Assembly (NCBI GenBank): GCA_030390025.1
Contig: CM059432.1
Span: 135,472,001 to 135,536,000 of the forward strand
Length of the DNA stretch: 64,000 nucleotides
Direction: 5' to 3'
From: Squalus acanthias
Lineage: Eukaryota
The stretch's first letter is position 1. Each line of letters begins with the position of its first letter. Both the position numbers and the translations under genes were made by a program. The notes under the pieces were generated by a model. That model did no database searches, was not told where the DNA came from, and saw only the letters and a program-made list of their open reading frames with translations. This document shows, piece after piece, positions 38,412 to 52,200 of this stretch.

Positions 38412-38545
38412 ACATAAGAAATAGGAGAAGTAGGCCATTCGGCCCTTCGAGCCTGCTCCGCCATTCAATGAGATCATGGCTGATCATCTGCCTCAACTCC
38501 ATTCACCGGCTCCATCGCCATTTCCCTTGATGCCCTTACTAGTCA
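38412..38545 (-). mobile_element. Very short CR1 3'-UTR insertion
   Basis: CR1 tail sequence flanked by the direct repeat GAAATCTAATAAGA (38398-38411, 38546-38559). Similar tails at 6364-6552 and 35440-35556. Confidence 0.75.
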
Positions 38546-40147
38546 GAAATCTAATAAGATAAGAAATAGCTGAAACTGACTGAACATTTTATCTAGGACC
38601 ATTACAGCCATTCCAAGAGGGAAAACCTCTACAAAGACAACAAAATATTTGTTAAATACACTGTCCCATGTATTATTTTTAATGTATTTAAGCAATCAAA
38701 TCTAGTAAAATATTAGTCACTTTTATACAGTAAGCACTAGCCACACTCCAATGGACTTAAACTGGGCAAACCTATAATAAAATTAGATAAAGCATAGCCT
38801 GACTAATTTCATGATTTCATAGCACACACTGGCTAATACAAGTAAATAAGTGCAATTGGTTTGGAGTTCAAAAATCAATATTAATAGTTGTCTTGTTATA
38901 CTGGGCTGTTTTAACATTTTTGCTAATTTTATCAGCTCAAATACTATTCCATTTAAAGGTTGTTGACACAATATTAAATAATGCTCATACTGCCAGCTTT
39001 AAATTAATATATACAAGCTACTTCACCAGCAATGCAGATTTCACCTGCCCTTAGTGTGGCAAATAAAATCCTTTGACTGAAAAGATCCTGAATACTGCAG
39101 CTGAAATGAACACATTCCAATGCAGTAATCATTAACTAAATACACATACCACATTGTTTGCGTTCAAAAAATCCAGTGATTCAGTGCTCCATACAATAAG
39201 TTTAAAATTTACAAATTTAGAGAGGAAATTTAAAATAAAAGCCTTGGAGTAAAAAGATAGATGGTCATTTAATAAAAAGCAGATTTACTACAAAAGTCAA
39301 TCTTCCCTTTCAACAAGCATCCGCTTCATAATACTCAACTGCCTGTTTATGATGATTGGTTTGCTTGCGTTTCACTGCGTCACCTCATTTGCCGTAGAAT
39401 TACAGATGGCTCAGACTAAACAAAACTTGGATGTTCTTTGGAATCTTGTACAGAGGGTCAACTCAAGAATACAGGAAGGCTCGCAGGCAGCTGCGAGCAA
39501 CCTTTGCCAAAGGAAATAAAATAAACCAATGGAACTATAATCTGTTGTGAATAAAGCTGAAGTTTGCCTTTTTTTTTTAAAAAAAGAAAGTACTCCTGGG
39601 ATTGGACTGAAATGGTAACAGCAATCTTCTAAGGACACCATGAGAGGAGTATAACCTTCAGATGAGGTGCTTAGTTGCCAGGTAACCCAGTAAAAGGCAT
39701 CAAGAACATAGCATATCTCAAAAACTGTAGTCAGCATTAAAAGGTCTAGCTTACCTTACTATTACAACTATCAAGGTTTTATGGTAAATTCAGACAGAAA
39801 TTAAGAGATCAAGACTCTATTAGGAGGAGAATACCAGGTTATGGTGTGCAAATTTAAATGAGGCACCACAGGTAAAAATGATATCATGGGCACCTGTATT
39901 ACATTACTGAATATGACTGGAACAAATATCTAGGACAGAGTTGGAAGAGTTCCTAAAGGACATTGATACAGCTACCATTAAAGCATTCTTTAAAAATTGT
40001 GATTTGAATTCCTCTATCAAACTTACATTGTCTGTTGGATGCCTGAATACACCTGGTCTGCTTAAATGCACCAGTCGGTATACACGAACTGAATTGTACA
40101 ATAGACATTAGCTAAATTTTGCACTCTAAATGAATCGCACTATTATT

Positions 40148-40338
40148 GCCCTGGCCAACATTTATCCCTCAAGCAACATCACAAGCAGATGATCTGGTCA
40201 TTATTCCATTGCTGTTTGTGGGACCTTGCTGTGAGCAAATAGGCTGCCACATTTCCTGCATTAAATACTTCATTGGCTGTAAAGCGCTTTAGGACATCCT
40301 GAGGTCATGAAAGGCGCTATAAAAATGCAAGTCTTTAT
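40148..40338 (+). mobile_element. Deu-SINE 3' half
   Basis: Matches 27610-27820. Further tail fragments lie near 300-375 (-), 26155-26260 (+), 36256-36345 (+), 44700-44855 (-), 61930-62000 (-) and 62695-62768 (-). Confidence 0.75.
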
Positions 40339-40773
40339 TTTAGCAAACCTCCGTCAGCGGTGTGATTTATATTGGAGCAAATCTGAAGGTAGTTGCATGT
40401 AAACAGGATGCATTATTTCTTCCCTACAATCTTGCTACAGTATTTATATTAATGTGCATCTATGCAAGTGGCATGTGCATGCACCAAGGTATATAAAGTC
40501 CAGACCAGTAGCAGAATGGCCCTGTTGAGATCGTGTAATGTAAAAGGGCAACTACACTGAAATCTGAGTCCACAACACAAATTCAAGAGCAGGTTTGTCC
40601 AACAGCAGTCGATGTAAACAAGGTGTCAATTTCTCTGGATGCTGTCAAACATGATTAGACTCCTGCAATGCTGGTATCAACAGAGTGGTCTATAGTAGCA
40701 AATCTGGAGTTGAATTCAGTTCATGAATGGTGATCATGAAATAATGCAAAATTTTAAAAACGTCAAACACATA

Positions 40774-41514
40774 GGCCCAGAAATTGATCTCGCTCTGTTC
40801 CCGCGGGGTTAAGGAGCAGGCGCGATCTCTCACTCCGCGCTGGCTTTTTCAGATCCAGCTCGCACGAACTTGATGTTCTAGACATCAGCTGGGCAGTGCT
40901 TGCGTATCCCACCGGCGTAGTGAATTCGTGCGAGCTGTGGGATCACGTGACTCAGTTAGAGCCAATGGCAGCACACCATCTTCCATTCATAAGTTTCACA
41001 TACGTGCTGTGAAAGCTATGAATCTTACACACCCCCAAAAGAACAGCTAAACCGCAATTAAATTTTTTTTTAAAACCATCACATTAATAAAATAAGTATA
41101 GCTAAATAAATTAACCATTTTAAATAAAAAATTAAATTTTTGAAAAAATTTAAAATCTTTTAAAAAGTTATAAAAATAAACTTACCTGTCTTTAAAGTCT
41201 CTAAAAAAGATATACCTGTTAAAAAAAATTCAAAATACTTAATTCACTACTTACCTTGTTAAAAGTGGGTCTTACTCCTCCTTTTTTCATTTCTAAAATC
41301 TTCCGTCCTTACCTGCGCGTCCAAAGCACTAAGTGCACAGTGTGCGCGCAGCCTGTAGCGCGCACGCGGTGCACCGAGGAACCACCCCCTTTTCCAAAGA
41401 CCAAGTGCCGGTTTTCAGCGCATGCGCAGTGCATGCAGAAAACCGGCAATTGGAGAGAGAATACGCGAGAGTACGCAGTGCGTACTCTCGCGTAGCGGCA
41501 TCAATTTTTGGCCC
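40774..41514. mobile_element. PIF/Harbinger-type MITE, family A
   Basis: TIR GGCCCAGAAATTGAT / ATCAATTTTTGGCCC, TSD ATA. Colinear with 15352-16114. Confidence 0.88.
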
Positions 41515-42927
41515 ATAATATTTGACAAACTAATTGAAATTTTGTTGCAGTCCTCAAACTTTTCCACTAACAGCTGAATAACCAAACTAGATTCAATAGC
41601 CTTGTCAACATCTTGGAAGGAGTCTTTCTCTGTGCTCCAAGGTTAAAATTTCACAATTTTTCCTTCACTAAGCTAGAGGATAAAAAAAAACGATACTGGG
41701 GACAATCCAATGCCGTTCCAGCCTAATGCAATCAAAATTCCAATGCTGGTAGCCCAAACCAAGAAATAAATTTGTTTAACTTGCTATTAAAAATACCAAT
41801 CACAATATAAATCATTCACTCATGCCAATTATCATTTGTTAAGAAGCATATTTTAAGCTTGTAACGCTTCAGAAACCTCACCAAAAAAGTTGTTTACATT
41901 AGTTTCTGAAGTATCTCCAGATTCTTAGTATGAATTCCAAATTACTGTACTGATAATGACCAACAATAGCCAGGACCTCCAAAAGCACCAGCAGTCTTCA
42001 ATAGGATGAAATCACTGATGATGTCTTCCCCTTACCACCTACACAATCGGAAAACGGCAGTGTTTGGCAGAACACAAAAAACAAAAAAAAATTCCGGAAA
42101 CAACGCTGAGAAGTTAACACTCTAGATTGAAACTGGGATTAAACTCGACAACTTTTAAAACATTTAAAATTAAGTTATATTTGCACTGCACTTCCAGTCC
42201 AGCTTTTATTCTGGTTTTAATAAATGGCAAAAAAAATTACAGAAAATTATGCAAAATAGGGTCTATAGCTAACCATGGCAAGTTCAGATAAAGTGAACTC
42301 AACTATGCCAAAGACCTGTTATACATCCAGCTCGTCGCATTTGCCAGCCACTCAATGCTAGGATGTCATATTGATACTAAAAAAGTGACTTAAAACACCT
42401 CAAATACTTCCAAGATTATGATTGAGCCATAGCACAAAATGCTGCAAGTCATTTAAAAGATACTGACTACTTGATAATACAGTAATTAATCTTGAAGCAT
42501 TTTTACTTAGTTTGATTTTTTTTTTAAATTTTGATATTACCTACCAATATTACATGTGTAAATCAGATGTTCTATCTCACTTGGCAGGAATCATAAAGTA
42601 CAGTGTAACTAAAATGTATTTAAGTTAATCAGCACTGCTGACAGCGATACATAATATACTTCAAAAACAAGAGACTCAAATCTGAGCAGAATATTTATTC
42701 AGAAGTTACAGCATAAATATTAGCAAAAACATATTTGGTGAGTAACAATATTCAACATGTGCGTTGAATATTACCACATTAACATTCAACAGTTAAGTTT
42801 CACTGCTTTGGATTGTTTACTTGCATCTTTCAAAAAAATGTACAATGATCTCTTAGTCAAGGTATAAAACATTACTCTTACAGCTTGTTTTTCTAACAAG
42901 TACTGGAAAGCACTGAAGATTGCTTAC

Positions 42928-42979
42928 CACTTTTTTCTGATGTTCTCAAAAAGATCATGTCAGCAGGGATGCGCTGGTT
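42928..42979 (-). CDS. ATP9B: ATP9B coding exon (52 bp, probably exon 7): NQRIPADMIFLRTSEKS(G)
   Basis: Acceptor tgtttcag, donor GTG|gtaagc, phase 0-1. IPAD motif of the actuator domain. Confidence 0.95.
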
Positions 42980-43080
42980 CTGAAACAGAATTAAACAGTA
43001 ATAAGGGTAAATAATCGAGGCTCCAAATTGATTGCCAATGAATTGGCAATATACTGAAGCTGGAATTACTGTACTTGCTA

Positions 43081-43712
43081 TTACATAGAATTTACAGCAC
43101 AGAAACAGGCAATTTGGTCCAACAGGCACACACTAGACTCGTCCCACCTTATTTCATCTAACTCCTTTAACATATCCTTCTATTCCCTTCTCCCTCATGT
43201 ACTTATCTAGCTTCCCCTTACATGCAGCTGTGCTATTCACCTCAACTGCTCTATGTCGTAGCAAATTCCACATTCTCACCACTCTCTGGGTAAAGAAGTT
43301 TCTCCTGAATTCCTTATTGGATTTATTAGTGACTATCTTATATTTATGGCCCCTAGTTTTGGACTCCCCCACAAGTGGAAACATCTCTATATCTACCCTA
43401 TCAAACCCTTTCATATTTTTAAAGACCTCTATCAGTCTTTTTTCTAAGAGAAAAGAGCCCCAGCTGGTTTAGTCTTTAATAGTTCTGGTATCATCCGTGT
43501 CAATATATTTTGCACTTTCACTAGTGCTTCTACATCCTTTTTGTAATATGGAGTCCAGAACTGTACACAGTACTGCAAGTGTAGTCTAACCAAGGTTTTA
43601 TGCAAGTTTAACATATTTTCTGTGCCTTTGAATTCTATTCCTCTCGAAATGAACCAGTGTTTTGTTGTATGACTTAACCTGCAATGCTACTTTTAATGAT
43701 TTGTGAATCTGA
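43081..43712 (-). mobile_element. CR1 3' end
   Basis: ORF MKGFDRVD..TRGHKYKIVTNKSNKEFRRNFFTQRVV. Confidence 0.88.
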
Positions 43713-44124
43713 AGTTTTACTCAGAACATCAAATATTTGAAGAACTCTTTCTTGGACTCCAACCTTACCCACGAAGAGGTTCTGAGCCCCTTTTGGTCTG
43801 CTATATTTATTAAACTGAATGTGTACAGCTGACAATGCATTTCTTCAATTGCATACTGAACAATACAGAACATGGGTGCATGGCTTCTAATTATGTCAAT
43901 GTTACTATATACTAGCTTTTTTAAAAAGTAATGTGGTTATTTAGTATTACTTCAGATATGCTAGTCTTGCAGAAAAATCATTATAACCAAGCTTAGTATC
44001 GACTTGTCACCAACCCCTAGTTTATCTAATTATTGCTGCTGGTTCTGCCCACGGACTGTAGCCTTGATCTTTCACCTAAGTTACTCAATATAAAAAAAGC
44101 TAAAAGTAGGGATAATGCATTGAA

Positions 44125-44300
44125 TTAGCACATTCTCTCTTTCTGGGGCCTGGGCTTAAATCCAGTTCAGGTTGATTGAATGAATGACAGTTTTGCCTCT
44201 CGGTTTGCTGTTAGGTCCTTTGTGAAAAAGGTCTGGGTAACCCAGTTCCTAGTGGTTGTTGGACCAACACACACACACACACACACACACACAACCGTGA
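44125..44300 (+). mobile_element. Ancient SINE fragment resembling LF-SINE
   Basis: Ordered blocks AAATCCAGTTCAGGT, GCTGTT..CCTTTGTGAAA and CCAGTTCCTAGTGG resemble the LF-SINE consensus as recalled. Confidence 0.45.
44267..44293. repeat. (AC)n microsatellite
   Basis: Read directly. Other simple repeats: (GA)n 16989-17009, (CAA)n 25433-25457, poly-G 28725-28745 and 47494-47516. Confidence 0.9.
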
Positions 44301-44858
44301 CAAACATCTGTCATAAACAGAGTTATTCATCCAGTTCATCAGATGTATCAGCCACTCAATGACACTAGGATGTCATATTGATGGCCCCAGAAATTCTCTT
44401 GTTTTTTGGTAGGCTAAAGAATCGCTTAGTTTCAGGATAAGATGATTTAGGGCATTGCAAGTTGGCTAACTTATTTCAAAGCTAAAGCAGATTGTCTTAA
44501 TGGAGGTGGTTGCTATAAATAGAGATACCCTTAGAAGGTTGGAATTCAAAAGGATTATATAATGGAAATACAATTTATAAAATTATATATATGGCATTTC
44601 TGGGAATACAGAAATTTCCAGCAATTTCTCCATCTGCATCTTCTCCATTACTGAAAATTAAGAAAAAAGAGAAGGAAAGAAAAAAAGAAAAAAGGAAAGA
44701 ACTTGAATTTGCACAGCGCCTTTCCTGTTCTCAGGACATCCTAAAGTGCTTCACAGCCAATTAAACACTTTTGAAGTGTAGTTACTGTTGTAATGTAGGG
44801 AAACGTGAGTCAAATTGCTGTTTGTCGGACCTTGCTGTGCACAATGAGATAAAGATCA

Positions 44859-45130
44859 GGGGGTAGAGTTTTCCCTAGTTTCCGCCAGTAATATCAGCGC
44901 AATCCGGACGGAATCGGCCGTACCAGCGCAAACGATCGAGGAATTTTAAACGTAACTGAGTTATGCCCAAAGCCAATTAAGTTAGTGTTTTTCACGATCT
45001 TTTACACTGGTTTAAGATTCAATTCGCCCGGATCAGGCCTCACCCACCCGTTTGCGCTGGTTAGTAAAGGCTCTTCAAAATTGCGCTCATTATCTTAGGC
45101 AAGCGTTTATTCTTTGGAAACGGAGCATCT
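44859..45130. mobile_element. CpG-rich terminal fragment of a Harbinger-like DNA element
   Basis: GGGGGTAGAGTTTT start resembles 52741 and it interrupts a SINE. No second TIR found. Confidence 0.4.
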
Positions 45131-47077
45131 GTCCCACATAACCCAGTCCACTCTAAACAGGATCATACATCGCCTCCTACCAGGTTGGCAAAGATCCAAA
45201 CAGTTCTCAGGTTACTGGCATCATGCGAACAAACTTGCAATGGAACATCATCAACAAGTGGAAGAAACCTGAGTAAAAACCATGTGTCTGTGCTGTCAGA
45301 AGACAGAAGATAGAATACCTTCTACTATGGAAAAAGATGATTATTCATTACCTGTTTCCAAATATGTGAATGCAATATTTATATATAAACTATTCTACTT
45401 TTACTAAACATAACGTGAATATGGTGTAGCTTAAACAGGTAAAGATATTGTTTAAAAGCACAAACTTCTTGAAAAAGAATTTATTTACTTTTAAAAACTC
45501 CACTTTACAATTGAGCTACAGTAAATGGTCTGGTATTCATTAAATTATTTGTAAACTCAATTAGTAGTTAATGGATACTATCTACGTCAACACGGTCAGT
45601 TCAAACTACCAACTACAGTAATAGATGTAGAGAAATGGACTGAACCACCTCACCCCTACAATTTTCCCTCCTAATCTGTGAGGAAGCAACAGGCTTCTAC
45701 TTTTTTGTATAGTTTCACAATACAGGACACCACCAAGGTTGAAAAGACTAGGAGAAGACGGCGTAAATCAGAAAGTTATGATACCAAGGTTAGCTTAAAA
45801 AGCCTGAGGATTGCAGGAGCACGCAAAAGCTCAGGTACGCAAGGAGTTGCAACAGTTTTCAAGTCCTGGAGAAGCCTTCAGCTGTCTAGGCCCCAAGATC
45901 TGGAATTCTCACCCTAAACCTCCCCGCCTTTTAAGACCTTCCTTAAAACCCACCTCTGTGACCATGCCTTTAATCACCCATCCCAATATATTCATTTGGC
46001 TCAGTCTTCATTTTTGTCTGATTAAGCTTCTGTTAAATGCCTTGGGCAGTTTTTCTACATTAAATACACTATACACGTGCTAGCCATTGTTGTTGCTCGA
46101 GTTGGAGTAGGAAACTCTGCAATGAGTGCAAACATAAATAGTGGTGCTAGAGAGAAGAGGAAAACGTAGGACAGTAGGTGCCATTTAGAAGGAACGAGCG
46201 AGGAAAAGTTTAAAGTTAGAAGAGACAAAGACACACTAAAGCTTTTGACAGAAAACACTGTGGGGAAACAAAACCCATGTCTCACCATTCTGTGGCAATG
46301 GTGCAATGTGCTGGATCTTATAATACATATTCTTTCTATTGGCTGCATGTCTTTTATATTTTCCTCATTTTGTGCACTTTTATTCTAATTCCACATTTTT
46401 AACATCCTCCTCCCACTAACTTACTTGCTAACTTTTGTCCTCATTCAGTTTTACAGCGTTTCTCGGTCTTTATTACGGATATCTCATGTATATTCCCACA
46501 CAATAGGCATGTGAAATTTGATTAGCAATTCGATTGGCAAACCACAGTATATATACTGAATTATTTTATGCAGCATACACTCATTACAACAGAATTATCT
46601 CCTAGTCACTGAGGAAATTGACCAGGGACATCAGGCCCCCACAACAGTTCAACAAATTCAGACAACAAGGGTGGAGGGGCGGAGGAGAAAGACACACATA
46701 CACAAAGACCTGAAGTATTATTGAACTTGGCAACTCCTTTCCCCATCCATCACCACCAATGCTTTCTGAATCCTCTGTATAAGAGCCAATACAGATGCAA
46801 TTATCCATGGACTTTTAGATGTAATTACATTTAATGCTGTTATACATAAAAAGTGCATAACGTAAATAAGTCAATTTCTTTTGGGTATTAATCAAGATCA
46901 ATATAGGCACTTTCTCAACGAAGTTTGATGCATTGCAAGATCATTTGCCAAAGTGTCATATTTCTAGGTATTTGCCAGTCAGCGGTGGTGTTGGAAGTAC
47001 ACTGTGGTTTTAGGGAAACAGAAGTAGTATCGCTTCCTGATATGCGAGTCACAGCAGTAAATACAACAAACACAAAC

Positions 47078-47136
47078 CTTCTCGACTATAATAAGATCTC
47101 CCACTTGGATGTCTGAGCTCTTCACCTGCACTTTAC
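47078..47136 (-). CDS. ATP9B: ATP9B coding exon (59 bp, probably exon 6): (G)KVQVKSSDIQVGDLIIVEK
   Basis: Translated by hand. Acceptor ttttttatag, donor AAG|gtttgt, phase 1-0. Contains the P-type ATPase VGD motif. Confidence 0.95.
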
Positions 47137-49341
47137 CTATAAAAAAAAGAATTGTTAATTAGTGCAAGCAACAGAAAACTATTCTCCTCATAATTAAAGC
47201 CAGGTTGCCTTTTTTTTTTGGTTTGAATGTCAATAAGCGCACGGTTCTGCTCCCAAACATTCTAGTCTGAATTTTGTCAAAACTATGCTGAAAGCAAACA
47301 GCAATGAAAGAGAGGATTGCATGCTCGTTTTGAACACAGAGCAGCAAGAGTTGGTGATCACTATTAAAGTCCGTGGATTGGCTCAAGGAGGCAATGTAGG
47401 CACACCAGAACAAATTAATTGTGTTTCTCTTGGGGACAGGTGCTGGGCTAAAACGGCGACATTGTTGTCCATATCATGCATAAAGTTTCTAAATGGGGGG
47501 GGGGGGGGGGGGGGGATCATGTCTGCTTTCAGAATATTTTTATTTCATAGTTAATAATTTAGCCCATCATACATTATTGTAAATTGTGTGAAATCGGTGC
47601 CAAATCTTCAAGCTATTTTTAAACATTTTAGACTAACCGCAACATCTTTCTAGGTCTTTTAGTAATTGATAGTAGCCAATATGGTCAGAGCACAATAGTG
47701 GCGAATATACCTTTGTATACTCATAGGGTTCAGTCACATTATTTGCATTAACAACCATACCGAATTCCTATTCATTCAACAGCTGAAGAGTCAGTCATTA
47801 AGATTTATTCTGTCATCTCACTACGTCAGCTGTGTGCAAATTTCACTGAAATGTACGCAACCAAGGAACAGATTATGAATAGAAATTCATATTGCTTACT
47901 GTTTGAGTTATTTTAATAAAATATTTTCCCAAGGTTTTTTTTTCCCCAATTTACAAAACCTTGTATCTAATCCTGTAGGCCTAACTCCAATTATAATACT
48001 GGGCACAAGGCCACAGGAAACTAATGGGAAACTGCATGGATAAAACTCTTGCTCCTTAGGTCATATCAGATATAACCATTTAATACCTACTTATGGAAGT
48101 CAGGAAGTAATTCCCACTGAAACTATTACTTTCTATTCCTCGTTACAAATTTCACTCTAGTCCTCTGCAATTTAGATTTCACCACAGAATTTTTATACTG
48201 CGAATGACTCGGTGATAAATTCAATTCTCTGGTTTAAAATATACAAGTGTTTTAACCCTTAGACCACAGAGAGGTCCAGTAAAGTTACTGTCTCCCTGAA
48301 CCACCCAGTTTTTTTATTTTATAGCTCACACACCATGATACTGAAAATAATACAAAAAAACAAATATATTCAAAATAGCTTTATATTAACCCCAACAAAG
48401 TTAACTAAAAATATAAAAAATGTAAACAAAAAACCTGCTTGCCTTTTCATTGCTATTTTCTCCCATTCTTTTGTTTACCAATCACTATCTGTCCCTTTTT
48501 TAAAAAAATACTTTATTTTTTAACGTAACCCAATCTCTTATTTTTCCCCAACTTTTATCCCTTAAAAAGATTTTTCTCCTAGCATTTTGAAGGCAGAAAC
48601 TCAGCCTTCATGGGCAAAGAACCCAGCATTTAAAGATAATTTTTAAGCCAGACAGCAGCTCAGACAACAATGCATCTTTGGCACAATTCCATCAAACCAG
48701 AAAGAGGACTACTGCACAAGTACACACTCTGCAGATCCCACAGAGCCCAACAGCACCAGGTCACTTAACTTGCCTGTGGTGCTCAGTGAATCAAAGTAGA
48801 CACAAAATATTGTTCTGATCACAAGGTGCATTGCTAATACCCATCACAAGCCATGCAGCACTACCATACTAGGAAGAAAATCTATGTACTAAAGACTTTC
48901 CCATCTACCTACGAAGCCTTGGTACATCATCCACTAGAGATAAACTTTTCAATGCTGCATTTATGCATTAAACAATGGAAACTGCTATTGCAAGACCCAT
49001 TTAAAAATAACAGCCACTTTTAACAACCGCACCGCCCCCCCCACCACTTTAATGCATTTAAATATAGCTTAATTCAGAGGTGGATGGCATTTGTATGTAA
49101 GCAAACATGTTACACTGGCTCAACGCCCTTTGCCCACCTCTCGAGTAAAAATTCACTGGAGCCCAAAGCTACCAAAATAGGTAGAGTATAACCAGCAGGA
49201 AAAGTGAACTAATACCATTCTGGACAACTCATTCTGGTGTAAACCATACTTAGCACCGTACCTAGTGCCATTCTGAAATATCTTCGGAAACTTGGCACAT
49301 TTACTGTAATTCTGATTTTATCCGTCATTTTAACAACCGCT

Positions 49342-51915
49342 ACATAAGACGCAGGAGCAGGAGGTCAGTCATTTGGCCCCTCGAGCCTGCTCTGCCATTC
49401 AATAAGATCATGGCTGATCTGATCTTGGTCTCAACTCCACTTCCCTGCCCGCTCCCCATAACCCTCGACTCCCTTACCATTCAAAAATCTGTCTATCACC
49501 ACCTTAAATATATTCAATGACCCAGCCTCCACAGCTCTCTGGGGAAGAGAATTCCAAAGATTCACGACCCTCAGAATAAATTCCCCCTCATTTCCGTTTT
49601 AAATGGGTGCCCCCTTATTATGAAATTATGCCCCCTAGTTCAATATTACCCCACGAGGGGAAACATCCTCTCTGCATCTACCCTGTCAAGCCCCTTCAGA
49701 ATCTTGTGTTTCAATAAGATCCCCTCTCATTCTTCTAAACTCCAATGAGTATAGGCCCAACCTGCCTTCATAAGACAACCCTTTCATCTCTGGAATCAAC
49801 CTCGTGAACCTTCTCTGAACTGCCTCCAATGCAAGTATATCCTTCCTTAAATAAGGAGACCAAAACTGTACGCAGTACGCCAGGTGTGGTCTCACCAATG
49901 CCCTTGAACAGTTGCATCAGGACTTCCCTACTTTTATATTCCATTCCCTTTGCAATAAAGGCCAACACTCCATTTGCCTTCCTAATTACTTGCTGTACCT
50001 GCATGCTAACTTTTTGTGATTCATGTACAAGGATCCCCAGATCCCCCTGTACCTCAGCATTTTGTAATCTCTCCCCATTTAAATAACTTGCTTTTTTATT
50101 TTTCCTACCAAGTGGATAACCTCACATTTTCCCCACATTATACTCCATCTGCCAGATTCCTGCCCACTCACTTAGCCTATCTATATCCCTTTGGAGATTC
50201 TTTGCATCCTCCACACAATTTGCTTTCCCACCTATCTTTGTATCAGCAGCAAATTTGGCTACATTACTATCGGTCCCCTCATCCAAGTCATTAATATAGA
50301 TTGTAAATAGTTGAGGCCCCAGCACTGATCCCTGCGGCACCCCACTAGTTACAGTTTGCCAACAGGAAAATTACCCATTTATCCAGACTCTGTTTTCTGT
50401 TAGTTAGCCAATCCTCTAGCCACGCTAATATATTACCCCCAACCCAGTGAGCTCTTATCTTGTGTAGTAACCTTTTATGTGGAACCTTATCGAATACCTT
50501 CTGGAAATCCAAATACATGACATATAATGGTCCCCCTTTATCCACCCTGCTCGTTACATCCTCAAAGAACTCCAGCAAATTTGTCAAACATGATTTCCCT
50601 TTCATAAAAACCATGCCGACTCTGCTTGACTATATTATGATTTTCTAAATGTCCTGCTACCACTTCCTTAACGATGGACTCCAATGACAGATGTTAGGCT
50701 AACTGGTCGATAGTTGCCTGGTTTCTGTCTCCTTCCTTTCTTAAATAGGGGTGTTACATTTGCGGTTTTCCAGTCCGCTGGGACCTCTCCAGAATCCAGG
50801 GAATTTTGGTAGATTACAACCAATGCATCCACTATCTCTGCAGCCACCTTTTTTAAGACTCTAGGATGCAGGCCATCAGGTCCAGGGGACTTGTCCACCT
50901 TTAGTCCCATTAGTTTGCCTAGTACTTTCTCTCTAGTGATAGTGATTGTTTTAAGTTCCCCCCCCCACCCCAATTGCCCCTTGATTATCCATTATTGGGA
51001 TGCTTTTAGTGTCTTCTACTGTGAAGACCGATACAAAATATTTGTTCAAAATCTCTGCCATTTCCCATTATTAATTCCCCAGACTCTTCCTCTAGGGGAC
51101 CAACATTTACTTTAGCTACTCTCTTCCTTTTTATATACCTGTAGAAGCTCTTACTGTCTGTTTTTATATTTCTTGCTAGCTTACTCTCATAAGTTATCTT
51201 CGCTCTCTCATTTTTTTAGTCATCCTTTGCTGGTTTTTTAAAAATTTCCCAATCCTCTGGCCTTCCACTATTCTTCGCAACATTGTATGCTTTTGTTTTC
51301 AATTTGATACCATCCTTTACTTCCTTAGTTAGCCACAGATGGTTCATCCTTCTCTTATTTCTTTCTCTCTGGAATATATCTTTGCTGAGAGTTATGAAAT
51401 ATCTCCTTAAATGTTTGCCACTGCTTTTCTACAGTCTTACCCTGTAATATATTTTCCCAGTCCACTTTAACCAAGTCTGCCTTCATACCTTTGTAATTAC
51501 CTTTATTTACATTCAGGACACTAGTTTGAGACCTAGCTTTCTCACCCTCAAACTGAATTTGAAATTATACCATGCTATGATCACTCTTCCCAAGGGGATC
51601 CTTCACTTCGAGATCATTAATTAATTCAGCCTCATTACACATCTAAAATAGTCTTCTCCCTGGTTGGTTCCACAATGTATTGTTCTAAGAAACCATCCCT
51701 TATACACTCTAAGAACTCTTCCTGAAGTCTACCTTTGCCAATTTGCTTTGTCCAATCAATATGAAGATTAAAATCTCCCATGATTATAGCCGTACCTTTC
51801 TTACAAGCCTCTATTATTTCTTGATTTATTCTCTGTCCTACAGTGTGACTACTGTTTGGGGGCCTGTAGATCACTCCCACCAGTGACTTCTTACCCTTAT
51901 TATTTCTTATCTCCA
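49342..51915 (-). mobile_element. CR1-clade LINE, 5'-truncated and decayed (APE end, RT, 3' UTR)
   Basis: Peptides [78 protein letters not shown], spread over several frames. Confidence 0.93.
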
Positions 51916-52200
51916 TTGCTTAATGGCTTAAAATCTCAAAATTTGACAACCATCTCCCAGCATCATCTGTTGCTCAGTTTTGTGTGTGTGTGCACATGCT
52001 ATTTCTTGAGAGAGATGGGAAATATCTTAAAAGTTGCAGTATGTTCACATGTTAAAAAGTGACCAATACTCAAAACTTGGATCATTGTTAACTGCAGAAT
52101 TTGTTCACCCTCTGATAACTTTTGTTTCTAAAACTGGAACCTACTGACTCAACCAACCTACTGGGTATTAGTGTTGTATTGTTGAGGAAGCTATTCTAAC

